Shown: piece after piece, positions 10,201 through 17,853 of the stretch
Layout of the letters: every line of letters begins with the position of its first letter
Position numbering within the stretch: position 1 is the first letter of the stretch
DNA from: a bacterium
GTDB taxonomy: Bacteria > Patescibacteriota > Microgenomatia > Levybacterales > UBA12049
Direction: 5' to 3'
Assembly (NCBI GenBank): GCA_021780675.1
Contig: JAJXYH010000045.1
Coordinates: 1 to 59,726, forward strand
Length of the DNA stretch: 59,726 nucleotides
Notes under the pieces: generated by a model
Database searches by the model: none
Seen by the model: only the letters and a program-made list of their open reading frames with translations
Told to the model about the DNA's origin: nothing
Program-made: the position numbers and the translations under genes

Positions 10201-10610
10201 GTTTGTACGGTGACAAGGTTAAGAAGGTAAAAACTTCCCCCCAAGAAGGCAAGCAGTCTACTTTTAGAAGGAATTAAAAATTTTACTAAAGAATAAGCTC
10301 CCAGCGTTCCAACTCCAAGCATTAAAAATACATAAAATTGCCTGATTAAGTTAAGCGGCAAGATGATTGAACTAAATATTAGTAAAATCTGCCGTGGTAA
10401 GTCCGCAGCATGACCGTTTCCCGCCAAAAGTCCCAAACCCTGGTATTCTTCCCAAACAGAAAAAATTGCACGTTGCAGATTCAGTTTAAAATTAAGTTCG
10501 GGAACTAAGTTGTCCCAACCAAGCAGGAAATGTGTGGGGCTAATGTTAGTAGCAACTACAATTAAAATGAGAAAAATTAAAGCTAAAACAGGTAAAGCTT
10601 TCCTAAGCAT
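7239..10610 (-). CDS. Large polytopic membrane protein, probable GT-C-fold glycosyltransferase with extracellular C-terminal domains
   Basis: About 12 TM segments, GWD in the first loop, RFPFTKF, long soluble C-terminal region, final TM; lies between GT4 and GT2 genes. Confidence 0.6.
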   Translation of the reverse strand: MLRKALPVLALIFLILIVVATNISPTHFLLGWDNLVPELNFKLNLQRAIFSVWEEYQGLGLLAGNGHAADLPRQILLIFSSIILPLNLIRQFYVFLMLGVGTLGAYSLVKFLIPSKSRLLAFLGGSFYLLNLVTVQTFFVPFEPMIAHYAFLPWLVFAFIYYLKNHTKKALAIFVGLNFIAIPQSQVPTMFLVYLIVVGIIALTFILKEKTKAIFKRSTNALGLIFVINAFWFLPFFFFVYSNIGVALNAKINQMTTENVLLQNKAFGDIPDVMLLKGFWFNNVDPDINSKFAYMMIPWRNYFDINFVPVIGFALFGIVFLGILRLTKTRDPGFISLAVLFLVSFTMLCTDTPPFSWIDAGLRVVPIFNEVFRFPFTKFANILLLTYTVFFAGGVLWILEFLQKRLNLKRAAEIITGAVFFAMLIAFTFPVFNNQLFYYKIKLSIPNDYFKVFNYFKNQDPNTRIANLPQYTFWGWSFYNWGYGGSGFLWYGIQQPILDRAFDVWSGASENYYWELTHAIYSENPALLKNVLNKYQINFLLVDNSITKDSSQIALFLPQTRQLIAKIPEIKKDTSFGKIDIYKINLDNKPKSYVMTSKKLDSVNTYHWGEYDKAFSDLGNYISTTNVDHFYIFRSLFSSKNQEYQEYNVKNMQDYYEFSQKLANVAKGAKLFVPSISTSDKIIYAQVVQNRTKDGMVVSLLFKTPQVYVSYKNKSGKMQKIKIFGQDLVKPIFLVKQNNYGFYINVNGIKTFKAEPSVYEGQLGSTFISTTQDNVLVFSNKDAKVAQSFVLTKDDLVNLLPKDQEITLPNIPNNSTIIVDVPKIKDDYQDFSFVPDEKTVASVKNCDNFNNGPYKASLVNANNEKMIELSSNDSTACIATYTTTFTHDLSYIAFIDTQNIKGRPLHFWLLNEDEKFAPIDTFLSNWNQFSTSTFIFSPQEQYGNAYSFHFDNISIANDQTVNRLGQIKIYSLPYNFLTSMYISTNSKKDSKSQSSNLSVYHPNESLYKVSVDSKTSPQMLILSQSFNNGWKIYKVNKANGILGAIYLNFPFIFGSEIGNHVLTNNWENGWYIGNVNFNPQKQDIIIMYTPQFLEYFGFIFLGELFLWLFLTLIKRRGSSPKID

Positions 10611-10620
10611 AAATTTTTAC

Positions 10621-11940
10621 TTAGGCGGAGAAGGCAGGCTTGAAAACCAAAGCTAAATTCTTTGTTATTAGCCTTTCATAAATTAAACCCAAGTGATCAA
10701 AACTTCTCTCCAAACCTAAGGCTTTACTAAATTTTACCATTTTTTTGTGGGTTTGTGCTTTACTTACATTTTCAATTGTATTAATTAGGCTTTGCGCGTT
10801 AAGATCAAAAGTAACATCCGATGGTTTAAGTCCAGCATAATCTAATGATTCACTTACGTCTTTTGAATTTAAAAATCCGGCCAATTTCTCAGACACAATA
10901 AATGGTTTGCTATGGGACAAGGCTAAGGATAATGGTCCGGAAGAAGACATAAAAGTCCTATATGGAAAAACTACTAAATCCGACGCATTATAAATAGGTG
11001 TAATATCTTTTTCGTCAACAAACCCGGTCATGATTATATTTTTGGATTTTCCGGCCTTTTTATAAACCCTGTTTAAAAACTTTTGATAATGCGCTTTTTT
11101 CTCTTGAGTAAAGCTTGGTCCACCGGCAATAACCAACTTAATATTTTTGTTGTTTAAGGTGCTTACTTTGCTTAAAGCATCAATTACAAAATCAACACCT
11201 TTATACCAGGTAAGGTAGCCAAAGTACAAAACCACAAAGTCATTTTTGGTAATTCCCAATTTTTTCTCCATCTGCCTTTTTTTATACTCGTTATTATGAA
11301 TATTAAAGTCAACGCCGTGGGGAATTGCTGTAACTTTTCCTTTGGCGGTTACGCTTTCTAATCTTTGTTTAAACTCGTCTTCAGTTACGACAATGTTTCG
11401 GGTAGGTAAAGTCAAAACTTTATAAAACCATTTAAGACCAAAATTCAAAATATAGGTTTTCGAATTCTTGGAAGATACTCCAATGTGTCCTGCAATTTTA
11501 CTTAAGTCAAATAAAACCTGGTGGACAACCATTGTAATGTCCTTTCCCATAAACCTTAAAGCCCAGGTTAGGGGTGCAATCATACTGGTAGCAATAGTGT
11601 TTCCATACGAAGCAAACTCAAATTCAATTACAGTTTCTTTAACTTTATTAAATATAAGCGCGTTTTTAACAATATTTACAAAAGTGAAAGGCTTATTTCT
11701 TTCAAAACATCTTACAACAAGCATTCCGTCCTCTTCGTAGACCTCGGGTTTTCCCAAGGTCATAGTGAGAATAATGACTTTTTTGTCAGGGTTATGTGCT
11801 TTTATTCCTTCCAAGGTGTTTTTGGTAAAAGAAGACACGGCACAAACACCCTTACTGTAGGTTTGCTTTTTTCTTGGGTAACTGGCTACAACGAGTAGCG
11901 AGTTACTGTTATTATACTTATTTATTAATTTATTTTTCAT
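10621..11940 (-). CDS. Glycosyltransferase family 4 (GT-B)
   Basis: IPHGVD, LYFGYLTWYKGVD, GFVDEKD..YNASDLVVFPY, SGPLSLA. Confidence 0.9.
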   Translation of the reverse strand: MKNKLINKYNNSNSLLVVASYPRKKQTYSKGVCAVSSFTKNTLEGIKAHNPDKKVIILTMTLGKPEVYEEDGMLVVRCFERNKPFTFVNIVKNALIFNKVKETVIEFEFASYGNTIATSMIAPLTWALRFMGKDITMVVHQVLFDLSKIAGHIGVSSKNSKTYILNFGLKWFYKVLTLPTRNIVVTEDEFKQRLESVTAKGKVTAIPHGVDFNIHNNEYKKRQMEKKLGITKNDFVVLYFGYLTWYKGVDFVIDALSKVSTLNNKNIKLVIAGGPSFTQEKKAHYQKFLNRVYKKAGKSKNIIMTGFVDEKDITPIYNASDLVVFPYRTFMSSSGPLSLALSHSKPFIVSEKLAGFLNSKDVSESLDYAGLKPSDVTFDLNAQSLINTIENVSKAQTHKKMVKFSKALGLERSFDHLGLIYERLITKNLALVFKPAFSA

Positions 11941-11975
11941 ATTTTTATAAATTACTTCTTATATATTTTCTTTCA

Positions 11976-12027
11976 AAAAAGGGTTCCTGGGATAATCTAT
12001 TTTGTAAATTTTCCAAGAACCCTTTTT
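11976..12027 (-). terminator. Probable intrinsic terminator after the repeat-domain surface protein
   Basis: AAAAAGGGTTC...GAACCCTTTTT inverted repeat with U-tracts on both strands. Confidence 0.6.
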
Positions 12028-12062
12028 CTTATCCCTAACAAATATTCCTTATGGAATAATTG

Positions 12063-13124
12063 TTATTTAGTTACCGAGCAATTATATGCTGGTAAAACGG
12101 TTACGTCAGGTTGTTGAACAGCTTCCTTAGCAATTACTTGCCCTTGAAGTTGTTGAAAACCACCATCAGCATTTGGGAACATCCAGAATGTACCACCGTC
12201 TGATCTCATTTGACCGACGTTAGCATGTACAACGAATGTTAATGCATCTCTACCGTTTGCTCTATTTCCCTTAATCCATGTTTCCAAGGTCGCACCGTTT
12301 AGATTAACTAAACTTGCAGTCCCGGTTTCTTTAAGGTGAGCTCCACCGTATTCATTGATATCCCAGTTGGCTGGGTTAGATGAATAGGAGTCTGCTCCGA
12401 ACAATTGAGCTGCTTGTTCAGCTGAAGCGATCTTTGTAAGAGCTTCGCTTGTTGTATTAACAGGCTGTAAATCTCCACAAAGAGGTACAACTGTGACTCC
12501 AGGCTGCTCGACAGGTTCCTTAGCTTCAACTTGTCCTAAGACTTGTTGAAAACCAGCCTTTTCGTTAGCAGGTCCGAAATCCCAAAGTGTTGCACCGTTA
12601 ACTTCTACCATAGGAACGCTAGAATCAGCGACTAATGTAAGAGCAGAGTTTGCTCCGATCATAGGTGCTTTAAAGTAGCCTTCCAAAACAGCTCCTGCAG
12701 TTTTAACTTTAACTGCATTTTCAGTTTCTTTAAGGTGAGCTCCGCCATAATTATTTATCTCCCAGTTGGCTGGGTTAGATGAATAAACGTCTGCTCCAAA
12801 CCTTTGAGCTGCAGCTTGTGCGCTTTCAATTTTGATTGCGCTTAAAACTGCTGCTGAACTTTCTGCTGATGCAGAAGGTGTAACAGTGTCAGCTGATGCT
12901 ACAGGTGCTTCCGTTGCCGGAGGCATTGTAACAACTACTCCAGAAGGTAAAGTTGTTGCGTCAGGTGAGTAAGATGGCATTGCGCCACCAGCTGTTAAAG
13001 TCCTATTATTTAGTGCTTGATTTAGTGCATTATTCTGTCCTGCTTCATAAGCTCCAAATGTTGCGGTACCAGCTAAAGCTACTCCTCCTACTATCATTGC
13101 TCCTTTTTCGAATTTGTTTGCCAT
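12063..13124 (-). CDS. Membrane-anchored/secreted protein with two ~115-aa tandem repeat domains
   Basis: N-terminal hydrophobic segment, S/T/P/A linker, duplicated FGAD.YSSNPANW.IN.YGGAHLKET; AGGAGGTGA SD; ATG overlaps the upstream stop. Confidence 0.85.
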   Translation of the reverse strand: MANKFEKGAMIVGGVALAGTATFGAYEAGQNNALNQALNNRTLTAGGAMPSYSPDATTLPSGVVVTMPPATEAPVASADTVTPSASAESSAAVLSAIKIESAQAAAQRFGADVYSSNPANWEINNYGGAHLKETENAVKVKTAGAVLEGYFKAPMIGANSALTLVADSSVPMVEVNGATLWDFGPANEKAGFQQVLGQVEAKEPVEQPGVTVVPLCGDLQPVNTTSEALTKIASAEQAAQLFGADSYSSNPANWDINEYGGAHLKETGTASLVNLNGATLETWIKGNRANGRDALTFVVHANVGQMRSDGGTFWMFPNADGGFQQLQGQVIAKEAVQQPDVTVLPAYNCSVTK

Positions 13125-13825
13125 TATTTCTCACCTCCTTTTTCGTTTTTGTTTGTTTTCTTTCTTAAAATAAGTCCGCCTAATCCACCAGGGATTAAAG
13201 CCATTAAAGGTAACATTTCAGGTCCTGTTGCAGGGGTATTAACTACCACCGGAGTAGAGTACACAGTAGGTGTAGTTGTACCTAAAACTGTTTTTTGAAC
13301 ACAAAATTGTGAAGATGAAGAGTTTGTAACACCATTATTATCTGTTGCCGCAGCTTGGTTAACTAAACAAATTATACCTTGTTCGGTAGGTAAGCTGGTT
13401 GCATCTGCAACTTTTGCCGTAATGTAATATGTTTGGCTTTGTCCTGCCCCTAAATTATTAATGGTAAAGTTTACAGTATTATTACTTGAGTTATAACTTC
13501 CACCAGATACATAAGTTAAGTACTTGGGAAGTGTATCGGTAACATTAATTGTAGGAATTGTTTGAGAATCCGTATTTGTTACTATAAGTTCAAAGTTTAC
13601 AGTTTGGCTCGATGCATATTTTGCATCATTAATAGATAAACTATTAACATAATTTCCGCCACCTTTACCAGGAACCTGAACTAACTTTTGGATAGTAAAA
13701 GAGTAGGAAGTGCATGTTTGGCCACCACCATAGATTGGTTGGCAATCTGCGTAAGCTTTTGGTGTGAACAAAAGTCCGCCGATTAATGTAGTTGTAATTA
13801 ATAGTGTACTAAATGTCTTTTTCAT
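13124..13825 (-). CDS. DUF11 (Ig-like) surface protein with sortase-type C-terminal signal
   Basis: Signal peptide ending AYA; VNFELIVTNT...INVTDTLPKYLTYVSG DUF11 pattern; TPATG + hydrophobic stretch + RKK. Confidence 0.8.
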   Translation of the reverse strand: MKKTFSTLLITTTLIGGLLFTPKAYADCQPIYGGGQTCTSYSFTIQKLVQVPGKGGGNYVNSLSINDAKYASSQTVNFELIVTNTDSQTIPTINVTDTLPKYLTYVSGGSYNSSNNTVNFTINNLGAGQSQTYYITAKVADATSLPTEQGIICLVNQAAATDNNGVTNSSSSQFCVQKTVLGTTTPTVYSTPVVVNTPATGPEMLPLMALIPGGLGGLILRKKTNKNEKGGEK

Positions 13826-13847
13826 ATATTTAAATTCAATGTCCTAG

Positions 13848-13876
13848 AGTGTAACAAATATTATAGGATATGTCAA
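13848..13876 (-). promoter_or_regulatory. Sigma70 promoter, proximal copy
   Basis: TTGACA-17 nt-TACACT on the minus strand. Confidence 0.75.
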
Positions 13877-13925
13877 TACCCCAAAATAAGTATAAGAAAT
13901 ATTAACTTATTATTGGAATTTGCAA

Positions 13926-13954
13926 AGTATAACAAATATTATAGGTCATGTCAA
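13926..13954 (-). promoter_or_regulatory. Sigma70 promoter, distal copy
   Basis: TTGACA-17 nt-TATACT; near-identical repeat of 13848-13876, offset 78 bp. Confidence 0.75.
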
Positions 13955-14069
13955 TACCCTAAGAATAAATGTGATTTTAGGCTAGGGAGAAATATACAAC
14001 CATGGTCTTTTAATGTATGTGATTTAAATCACTAAGTCTTAAAAGTCAGTCTTTGGTAAAATTTGCTGC

Positions 14070-14098
14070 TTGACAAATAACGACCTCTATGGTGTAAT
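14070..14098 (+). promoter_or_regulatory. Probable rho promoter
   Basis: TTGACA-17-TGTAAT. Confidence 0.55.
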
Positions 14099-14166
14099 TA
14101 TTTTGCTTTAATATCTTCAAAGCAATTCCCTTGATAAATGTTATCAAATAACTTTTAAGTAAACTT

Positions 14167-15561
14167 ATGCCAATTAAGAAAACTCGTACAACTCGTGCAA
14201 TAAAATCCAAGGCAGCAGAGGAAACTCCTAAAGCTGTTGAATCTTCCGTAGAGGAGATAATCGGACAACCGGAAGTAGAAAATCAGGCTCCGGTTGAAGT
14301 AAAGACGGAAACTATAGAACTGGTAAAAGAGGAGTCTAAAGAAGAGGTAAAAGAGTTTGGGGAAGTCAGATCTCAAGAAGTCAGGGAAGAAAGGCCATAT
14401 CATCACAGACCAAGATACAACAACGATTATCAAGACAGGTCTTACGAAAGCCAAGTGCCAACAACACCGGTTAAAGGATTTTTGGATATCCAGCCTGAAG
14501 GACACGGCTTTTTAAGGCCCAAATTCATACCTTCTCAAAGAGACATTTATATTTCCCAATCCCAGATCCGCAGGTTTATGTTAAGGCCCGGGGATTTGGT
14601 AGAAGGTTTAGGTAGGCCGCCGAAAGACACTGAAAGGTATTTCGGGCTTCTTAAAGTAGAATCGGTTAACGGTTTAAATGCCGATGACAGTCTTAATAGG
14701 CCATATTTTGACGATCTAACTCCGATTTATCCCAAGAAACAGGTTAAATTAACAACAGGAAAGATTCCTTATTCAACCAGAATTATTGATTTGGTTGCGC
14801 CAATCGGCTTTGGGCAAAGGGGAATGATTGTTTCACCTCCAAAGGCGGGAAAGACTACTATATTAAAAGAGCTTGCAACCGGAATTACGGCTAATTTCCC
14901 GGACGTTCATCTTATGGCGGCATTAATCGGCGAAAGGCCTGAAGAGGTAACCGATATCAGTTCATCTGTTAAAGGTGAGGTAGTTGCTTCAAACTTTGAC
15001 GAACCACCGGAAGCGCAGACCAGAGTTGCAGAAATTACACTAGATAGAGCTAAGAGGATGGTTGAGATGGGTAAAGACGTAGTTATTCTTTTAGATTCAA
15101 TTACAAGGTTAGCACGTGCATATAATTTGTCAGTTGCACCATCAGGTAGAACACTATCCGGAGGTTTTGATCCTGCAGCTTTGTGGCCGGCTAAGAAATT
15201 CTTTGGCGCAGCCAGAAATTGCCAAGAAGGTGGTTCGCTAACTATTATCGGTACAGCTTTAGTCGACACGGGTTCAAGAATGGACGATTTAATTTATGAA
15301 GAATTTAAAGGAACGGGTAATATGGAGCTTCATTTAGATAGAAAATTGGCGGAAAAACGAATTTATCCATCAATCGATATTGAAAAATCAGGCACAAGAC
15401 AAGAAGAGCTTATCTTAGATCCGACGCTTCAAGCAAAGCTTATCACGATGAGAAGAGCTCTTTACATGTTAACCGAAGATGAGCGAACAGAGGTTTTAAT
15501 AGAAAGACTATCTAAATCCGAAACTAACGAGGATTTTCTAAACTCCTTAAAAAACGGTTAG
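14167..15561 (+). CDS. rho: Transcription termination factor Rho
   Basis: GHGFLR, DIYISQSQIRRF, PIGFGQRG, PPKAGKT, RLARAYN, FKGTGNMELHL. Confidence 0.98.
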   Translation: MPIKKTRTTRAIKSKAAEETPKAVESSVEEIIGQPEVENQAPVEVKTETIELVKEESKEEVKEFGEVRSQEVREERPYHHRPRYNNDYQDRSYESQVPTTPVKGFLDIQPEGHGFLRPKFIPSQRDIYISQSQIRRFMLRPGDLVEGLGRPPKDTERYFGLLKVESVNGLNADDSLNRPYFDDLTPIYPKKQVKLTTGKIPYSTRIIDLVAPIGFGQRGMIVSPPKAGKTTILKELATGITANFPDVHLMAALIGERPEEVTDISSSVKGEVVASNFDEPPEAQTRVAEITLDRAKRMVEMGKDVVILLDSITRLARAYNLSVAPSGRTLSGGFDPAALWPAKKFFGAARNCQEGGSLTIIGTALVDTGSRMDDLIYEEFKGTGNMELHLDRKLAEKRIYPSIDIEKSGTRQEELILDPTLQAKLITMRRALYMLTEDERTEVLIERLSKSETNEDFLNSLKNG

Positions 15562-15597
15562 TTTTAGCCCTAAAAAGTTGACAGAAAGCCGCCTTTT

Positions 15598-16746
15598 TTG
15601 ATAACATTAATTCTCCTAATGAAGAAATTTAAGCTTATTAATCTTCTTGAACCTTTGCGGAAATTAATCTCAACCTTTCCTGATTTTTTGTCGTTTTTAT
15701 TTCTATATTCAAAGGGAAGAATTGTCAGTTTTAGCGAGATTTTTGAAACAAATAAGAACATTATTGTTAAATTTTTTATGATGAAAAGAGGCCGATACAA
15801 TCGGCCTTTTTTACATTTTGCTACCATGGGAGCTTTAACAATCGGTGTAATTGTTGCGCCATTTTTAGCCAATACTTATCCTGTTTTTTCGCAAAATTCT
15901 ACCGATTCGGCTAAAATCGACGCTTCCAAAGACCAATCAATAGTAGTGGGTGAAAATGTATTTCAAACCCAGGTTTCGCAAAAGCCAAGAGATAAGGTCA
16001 TAAACTATACTGTTCAAAAAGGAGATACTGTTTCAACAATTGCCCAAAAGTTTGGCATTTCCGATAATACGGTAAGGTGGGAAAATGATTTAGTAGGAGA
16101 TGATATTAACGTTGGTGATACTCTGCAGATTTTGCCGGTAACAGGCATTTCTTATAAAGTTCAAAGCGGAGATACCGTTTATACAATTGCCAAAAAGTTT
16201 GCAACCGATCCGCAAAAGATTGTCGATTTTCCCTTTAATGATTTTGCTAATCCTGAGACTTTTTCTTTAGTTACAGGGCAAATTTTAATGGTTCCGGATG
16301 GAATTAAACCTTCGGAACAGCCATATATTCAACAGCATGTTTATTATGCACAGGGTCCAAGCACATCCACTTTTTCAGGTTCAGGTTACACATGGCCTGT
16401 ACACGGTGTGATTACCCAGTTTGCTTCGTGGTATCATATGGCTTTGGATATTGCTGCTCCGTATGGAACTCCGATTGTGGCAGCTAAGTCAGGAACAGTA
16501 ATTGAGGCTAATACGGGAGGATGGAATTATGGTTACGGAAACGACGTTGTTATTGATCATGGTAATGGATATAGATCATTATATGCCCATATGGAGGCTG
16601 TAAATGTAAGCGTTGGGCAGCAGGTAACTGGTGGCTCAACAGTTGTAGGCTGGATTGGATTAACCGGAAGAACAACCGGTCCTCATGTCCACTTTGAAAT
16701 CAGATTAAACGATGTAACACAAAACCCCTTGCCGTACTTGCAATAA
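15598..16746 (+). CDS. LysM-repeat M23 family peptidoglycan endopeptidase (start possibly 15619)
   Basis: Two LysM repeats (YTVQKGDT, YKVQSGDT); M23 HMALD, YAHM, TGPHVHFE. Confidence 0.92.
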   Translation: MITLILLMKKFKLINLLEPLRKLISTFPDFLSFLFLYSKGRIVSFSEIFETNKNIIVKFFMMKRGRYNRPFLHFATMGALTIGVIVAPFLANTYPVFSQNSTDSAKIDASKDQSIVVGENVFQTQVSQKPRDKVINYTVQKGDTVSTIAQKFGISDNTVRWENDLVGDDINVGDTLQILPVTGISYKVQSGDTVYTIAKKFATDPQKIVDFPFNDFANPETFSLVTGQILMVPDGIKPSEQPYIQQHVYYAQGPSTSTFSGSGYTWPVHGVITQFASWYHMALDIAAPYGTPIVAAKSGTVIEANTGGWNYGYGNDVVIDHGNGYRSLYAHMEAVNVSVGQQVTGGSTVVGWIGLTGRTTGPHVHFEIRLNDVTQNPLPYLQ

Positions 16747-16793
16747 ACTCTGGTAAATGCATCCGCAGTTTTAGTATAATATACAAAGCTTAT

Positions 16794-16846
16794 GGGCTCG
16801 TAGTTAAGTGGTAAAACGATGCATTCGTAGCCTGTTTGCTTGCATT
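16794..16846 (+). pseudogene. Degenerate tRNA 5' half (acceptor 5' strand, D arm, interrupted anticodon arm)
   Basis: GGGCTCG-TA-GTTAAGTGGTAAAAC-G-ATGCA-TTCGTA + 10-nt insert + T-TGCAT; no T arm follows. Confidence 0.55.
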
Positions 16847-16848
16847 GC

Positions 16849-16919
16849 GGGCTTATAGGTAAATGGTATACCGGTGCATTCGCATTGCGCAGTTCCGAGT
16901 TCGATTCTCGGTAAGTCCA
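16849..16919 (+). tRNA. tRNA-Ala(CGC)
   Basis: Cloverleaf: GGGCTTA/TAAGTCC with G3-U70; GTGCA-TTCGCAT-TGCGC; T loop TTCGATT; CCA not encoded. Confidence 0.92.
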
Positions 16920-16936
16920 CTTAAATTGCGACACAA

Positions 16937-17008
16937 GGGCCGGTGGCTCAATGGTAGAGTACCTCCATGGCATGGAGGGGGTTGAGAGTTCGAGTCTCTT
17001 CCGGTCCA
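16937..17008 (+). tRNA. tRNA-Ala(GGC)
   Basis: GGGCCGG/CCGGTCC with G3-U70; CCTCC-ATGGCAT-GGAGG; T loop TTCGAGT. Confidence 0.94.
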
Positions 17009-17124
17009 CAACATCTCAAGGTAAGTTGAGGGGGTTAGAGTTCCTGCGCTTCGCTTGGCTTTGCACTGCGCTACACTTGTCCGGTTCACAAAATGCTATC
17101 TAGTATTTATTACTGAATATCTTG

Positions 17125-17255
17125 TATAATATAAGCAATGTCAGGGGTTATCTCCCTCGAACAAAGATACTAAATGTATAAATTATCAAATTTTTATAAG
17201 AGGGAGGTGAATAGCTTCAATTTATAGCTAAATTTATTTAGCTACCCATAAACAC
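17125..17255 (+). promoter_or_regulatory. -10 box and long structured 5' UTR of the zinc-ribbon gene
   Basis: TATAAT at 17125-17130; ATCTCCCTC(17150-17158) complementary to GAGGGAGGT(17200-17208); TAGCTAAA/TTTAGCTA hairpin. Confidence 0.5.
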
Positions 17256-17558
17256 ATGGATTTCCAAGACAAAACATTAGTTTGTAGAGATTGTGGTAAG
17301 GAATTTGTTTGGACCGCATCGGAACAAGAATTTTATAAAAGTAAAGGTTTCGAAAACGCTCCTGTTAGATGTCCTGAATGTAGGGCTTTGAAAAAAGCCA
17401 GAATGAGGGATGGAGACGGTGGTGGTGGACCAAGACAAAGTTTCGAAATTACTTGCGCTGAGTGCGGGAAAACTGACACAGTGCCATTTAAACCAAAAGG
17501 CGATAGACCTGTTCTTTGCAGGGATTGCTTTAGAAAACAAAGGGAACAAGGAAAATAA
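17256..17558 (+). CDS. Double zinc-ribbon protein (CxxC-x17-CxxC type)
   Basis: CRDCGKEF...RCPECR and CAECG...PFKP...VLCRDCF. Confidence 0.88.
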   Translation: MDFQDKTLVCRDCGKEFVWTASEQEFYKSKGFENAPVRCPECRALKKARMRDGDGGGGPRQSFEITCAECGKTDTVPFKPKGDRPVLCRDCFRKQREQGK

Positions 17559-17705
17559 CTTTCCTAAAACCTTAATTACCGTTTTTATATAGATTTAATA
17601 TCTATTATTTTTTCTATTTATCCATTTAATATATTAAGAAGATGTATTTATAGTGGCAAAAATAAAATTGTTTATTACGTTTTTTTGTTGAAAATACGTT
17701 TAAGG

Positions 17706-17815
17706 ATTTTGCTGAGGTCGCTTACAAAATTTTTTCTGGTACATGCGTAAGCTATAAATATTTCCAAATGTTTACTAATCCGTTCCTCAAAAATTTATTA
17801 AGCTTCCCGTAAAAT
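17706..17815. repeat. Dispersed ~110-nt structured element, copy 2
   Basis: Same core motifs as 3352-3463 with different but still complementary stems. Confidence 0.8.
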
Positions 17816-17853
17816 AATTAATTAAAAATTAATAATTATAAATTAGAAATTTA

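Noticed and set aside
16683-17089. Minus-strand ORFs 16683-17009 and 16853-17089
   Set aside because: Antisense to two bona fide tRNA genes and the M23 gene end.
16794-17091. Split or intron-containing tRNA formed by the two degenerate halves
   Set aside because: The joint acceptor stem has a C-C mismatch and several wobbles, the T arm is disrupted, and no BHB or group I features are present.
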